A DNA stretch of 64,000 nucleotides from positions 224,001 through 288,000 of the forward strand of contig CAWKBC010000021.1 in NCBI GenBank assembly GCA_963847705.1. Direction: 5' to 3'. The translations under genes were made by a program, and so were the position numbers. Numbering within the stretch: position 1 is the stretch's first letter; every line of letters starts with the position of its first letter. The DNA comes from an uncultured Pseudomonadota bacterium (GTDB taxonomy: Bacteria; Myxococcota_A; Polyangia; Fen-1088). A model generated the notes under the pieces. The model saw only the letters and a list, made by a program, of their open reading frames with translations, was not told the origin of the DNA and did no database searches. Below, in pieces: positions 61,402 through 64,000 of the stretch.

Positions 61402-61824
61402 ATGATCGCGGCGCCGCAGGCGCAAGCGAAAGCCGATCAAGGCCAGCGCGATCACGGTGAGGACGCCGAGCCCCCACGTTGCCCCGATGATCTGCGGCCC
61501 AACCGGGCCGATCCCGATGATCAGCCCTGGCAAGAAGATGCCGAGCCGGCGACCGATACGGGCTACATCCAGAGCGTCGACGGCGAGACGTTATTGAGCA
61601 TAGGGCGGAAGGAGTCGATCGTCGTCCGGCTGGATCGCGCGATCGGAGACTTCGTCATCGAAGGAACGCCGTTGGTCTCGATCACCGACAAAGCGCCCAC
61701 CAAGGAGCTCGTTCAACAGGTGACCGGTGCTTACACTCGCCTGCGTGTTTGGCGCCGATTGACTCAGGCGTTTGCGCTCCTAGGTTCACGAAGACGAAAT
61801 GCGTCGTGGGACGGCCATGTGTGA
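61402..61824 (+). pseudogene. Internal fragment of a DUF2254-like membrane protein gene
   Basis: TGYIQSVDGETL...VRLDRAIGDFVIEGTPL without the family's N-terminal TM helices. Confidence 0.55.
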
Positions 61825-61836
61825 TCCAACCAGTCC

Positions 61837-62289
61837 ATGAGGACTATCGGACGCGGCCTCCTCGCGGGCCTAGCCGGCACGCTCGCGCTCTCGATTTTCG
61901 AGCGTCTCGAGCGTCGCCTCCTCGGGCGAGAACCTGTCTACGCGCCCCATCGCGTCGCGGGCCGTCTGGCGGCCCGGTTCGGGATCGGGTTGAGCGCGAC
62001 CTCCGCCCGCCGGCTCGGATGGGCGTTGCGCGCGGTGTATGGCCCTTCGCTGGGTGTCGCGGGCGCGTGGCTGGATCCCCGGACCAGCCATCGTGCGAGC
62101 CGCGTTCTCCGTCACGGCCTCGCGATCTCGGTGTTCGAGCTGGCGGCGTTGCCTTTGGTCGGTGCGGTGCCGCCCCTGGCCAAGTGGCCGCTCTCCGAGC
62201 TGCTGCTCCTCGCCGCGCACGCCACGGCCTTCGCCACTGGGGCGGAGCTCGCCGCGGGTCCGCTCGGCTCCCTGGTCGCCCGGAGGTGA
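61837..62289 (+). CDS. Hypothetical membrane protein
   Basis: GLLAGLAGT N-terminus and several hydrophobic segments. Confidence 0.7.
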   Translation: MRTIGRGLLAGLAGTLALSIFERLERRLLGREPVYAPHRVAGRLAARFGIGLSATSARRLGWALRAVYGPSLGVAGAWLDPRTSHRASRVLRHGLAISVFELAALPLVGAVPPLAKWPLSELLLLAAHATAFATGAELAAGPLGSLVARR

Positions 62290-62505
62290 CGTCTCGTCCG
62301 TCAGATCTTCCGTCCGAAGCAGGGGCGCGCCAAGGGTGGCAGCGCGAGCGATGATCTCCGCCTCGGCCGTTCGAGCGCGCTCGAAGGGATTGACATCAGC
62401 GGGCGCAGACGGCTACCGGCGGTCAGGGATTCAGGGCGGGGGGACGAGCCCCCGACGCGGGGTCTCCGAGGACCTTCTCGCCGGTCAGCGTCGCGGAGAT
62501 CCAAC

Positions 62506-62886
62506 TCAGTCGGTTCCGGCGAACGCGATGGTGCTCAGCAACGCATTGGCGGACTGACGTGAATCGAGGCGAGTGTGTTGTACCACCACGGGGACGTCGG
62601 ACTCAATGACGCTGCTGAAGTCGGTGCCCGGCGGAACGGTCTCCGGATCGTCGAGCTCATTGAAGCGCACGTGCTTGGTCCGGCGCGGTCCGATCTTGAG
62701 CTTGAAGGGTCCCGCCGGATCGCGATCGCTGTAGAACACGGTGATCGTGACGTGCGCCTCCTGGTCGGAGGCATTGAGGATGCAGGCGGTTTCGTGGCTG
62801 GTGAACTCCGGGGCGGGACCGTGGCTCCCCTCGGGGATGTAACCCTCGGCGATTGCCCAGCGTCTGCGTCCGATCGTCAGTGACAT
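62506..62886 (-). CDS. Sensory rhodopsin transducer (ASRT) family protein
   Basis: IGRRRWAIAEGYIP, SHETACILN, RRTKHVRFNEL.DP, SDVPVVVQHTRLDSRQ. Confidence 0.9.
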   Translation of the reverse strand: MSLTIGRRRWAIAEGYIPEGSHGPAPEFTSHETACILNASDQEAHVTITVFYSDRDPAGPFKLKIGPRRTKHVRFNELDDPETVPPGTDFSSVIESDVPVVVQHTRLDSRQSANALLSTIAFAGTD

Positions 62887-62978
62887 GGTCGATACCTCTA
62901 CAGTCAAGGTGCAGACGTCGTTGGCGGGACACAAGGTGTCCGGCTTGTTTATCTGCGCGATACTCCCATGATCAACTG

Positions 62979-64000
62979 ATGAACAGAGAGACGCCCCCCC
63001 CGCGCGATCTGTCGGGTGGGCCGGCCGTCAAGACGCTGCAGGTCTCAACCTACGTGATTCCCACCGACGCGCCTGAATCGGATGGGACGCTGGAATGGGA
63101 CCGGACGACGCTGGTCCTCGTCGAGGTCTCGGCTGGCGACGTCAGGGGAATTGGGTACACCTACGCCGACACGGCGACAGCCGAGGTTGCGCGTGCGCAT
63201 CTGTCGTCCGTTGTCGTGGGCCAGGACGTCTTCGCCACCGCCGCGATCTACGCCAAGATGGTTCAATCCATCCGCAACCTCGGCCGTCCGGGGATCGCGT
63301 CGATGGCGATCTCGGCGGTCGACGCGGCCCTGTGGGACGTCAAGGCACGGCTGCTGGGGGTGCCGCTTTTCAGACTTCTCGGGGAGGCGCGCCCGGAGGT
63401 CGCTGTCTACGGCAGCGGGGGGTTCACGTCGTACGGACCCGCCCGGCTCACCGAGCAGCTGGGCGGCTGGGCCGCCGAAGGCTTGCGGTTCGTGAAGATG
63501 AAGGTGGGAAGGCAGCCGGGCGACGATCCGGCTCGGGTGCATACTGCACGTGAGGCGATCGGTCCCGACACCCAGCTCTTCGTCGACGCGAACGGCGCTT
63601 ACAGTCGGAAGCAGGCGCTGGCCCTGGCCGAACGGTTCGCCGCCGAGGACGTCCGGTGGTTCGAGGAGCCGGTCAGCTCCAACGATCTCCAGGGCCTGCG
63701 CCTCTTGCGCGATCGCGGGCCGGCCGGGATGGCGATCGCGGCCGGGGAGTACGGCTACGATCCCTTTTACTTCCGGCGCATGCTGGAGGCGGGCGCCGTC
63801 GACGTGCTACAGGCCGACGCCTCGCGCTGCGGCGGCGTCACCGGCTTTCTGCTCGCGCACGCGCTCTGCGAGGCCCAGGGAATGGCCCTCTCCGCGCACT
63901 GCGCGCCTGCGCTGCACATGCACCTCGGCTGCGCGCTCAACCGGCTCTGCCACCTCGAATACTTCTACGACCATCAGCGCATCGAGCGGATGCTGTTCGA
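62979..64000 (+). CDS. Mandelate racemase/muconate lactonizing (enolase superfamily) enzyme, 3' end outside the window
   Basis: YVIPTDAPESDGTLEWD, SAVDAALWD, KMKVG, VDANG, WFEEP, AGEY, QAD, SAHC; open to the window end. Confidence 0.9.
   Translation, partial: MNRETPPPRDLSGGPAVKTLQVSTYVIPTDAPESDGTLEWDRTTLVLVEVSAGDVRGIGYTYADTATAEVARAHLSSVVVGQDVFATAAIYAKMVQSIRNLGRPGIASMAISAVDAALWDVKARLLGVPLFRLLGEARPEVAVYGSGGFTSYGPARLTEQLGGWAAEGLRFVKMKVGRQPGDDPARVHTAREAIGPDTQLFVDANGAYSRKQALALAERFAAEDVRWFEEPVSSNDLQGLRLLRDRGPAGMAIAAGEYGYDPFYFRRMLEAGAVDVLQADASRCGGVTGFLLAHALCEAQGMALSAHCAPALHMHLGCALNRLCHLEYFYDHQRIERMLF

Overview
High-GC bacterial window, most likely Myxococcota/Polyangia (inferred from the Gly/Ala-rich tethered lipoproteins and a myxobacterial-type Cys-rich repeat). 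1-16 kb: surface lipoproteins (YncE-like and PQQ-type beta-propellers, DUF1566/Lcl domains; two genes carry single-base insertions), a SWIM-SNF2 helicase and a TMTC-like glycosyltransferase-TPR protein. 16-31 kb: redox, hydrolase, signalling and transport genes mixed with many gene relics. About 30.9-31.9 kb: a dead tyrosine integrase tail, a tmRNA-like 3'-end att core with paired TGGCGACA repeats on both sides, and an internal recA fragment. 32-64 kb: general-stress-type genes (CheB/CheR-PAS fusion with a hybrid kinase, a probable pseudokinase, SHOCT, GSP26-like, SPW, DUF4142, glycogen debranching enzyme, ASRT, enolase-superfamily enzyme) around a complete but rearranged alternative complex III plus caa3 (A2-type) oxidase operon. 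All calls come from motif recognition by eye; no searches were run.
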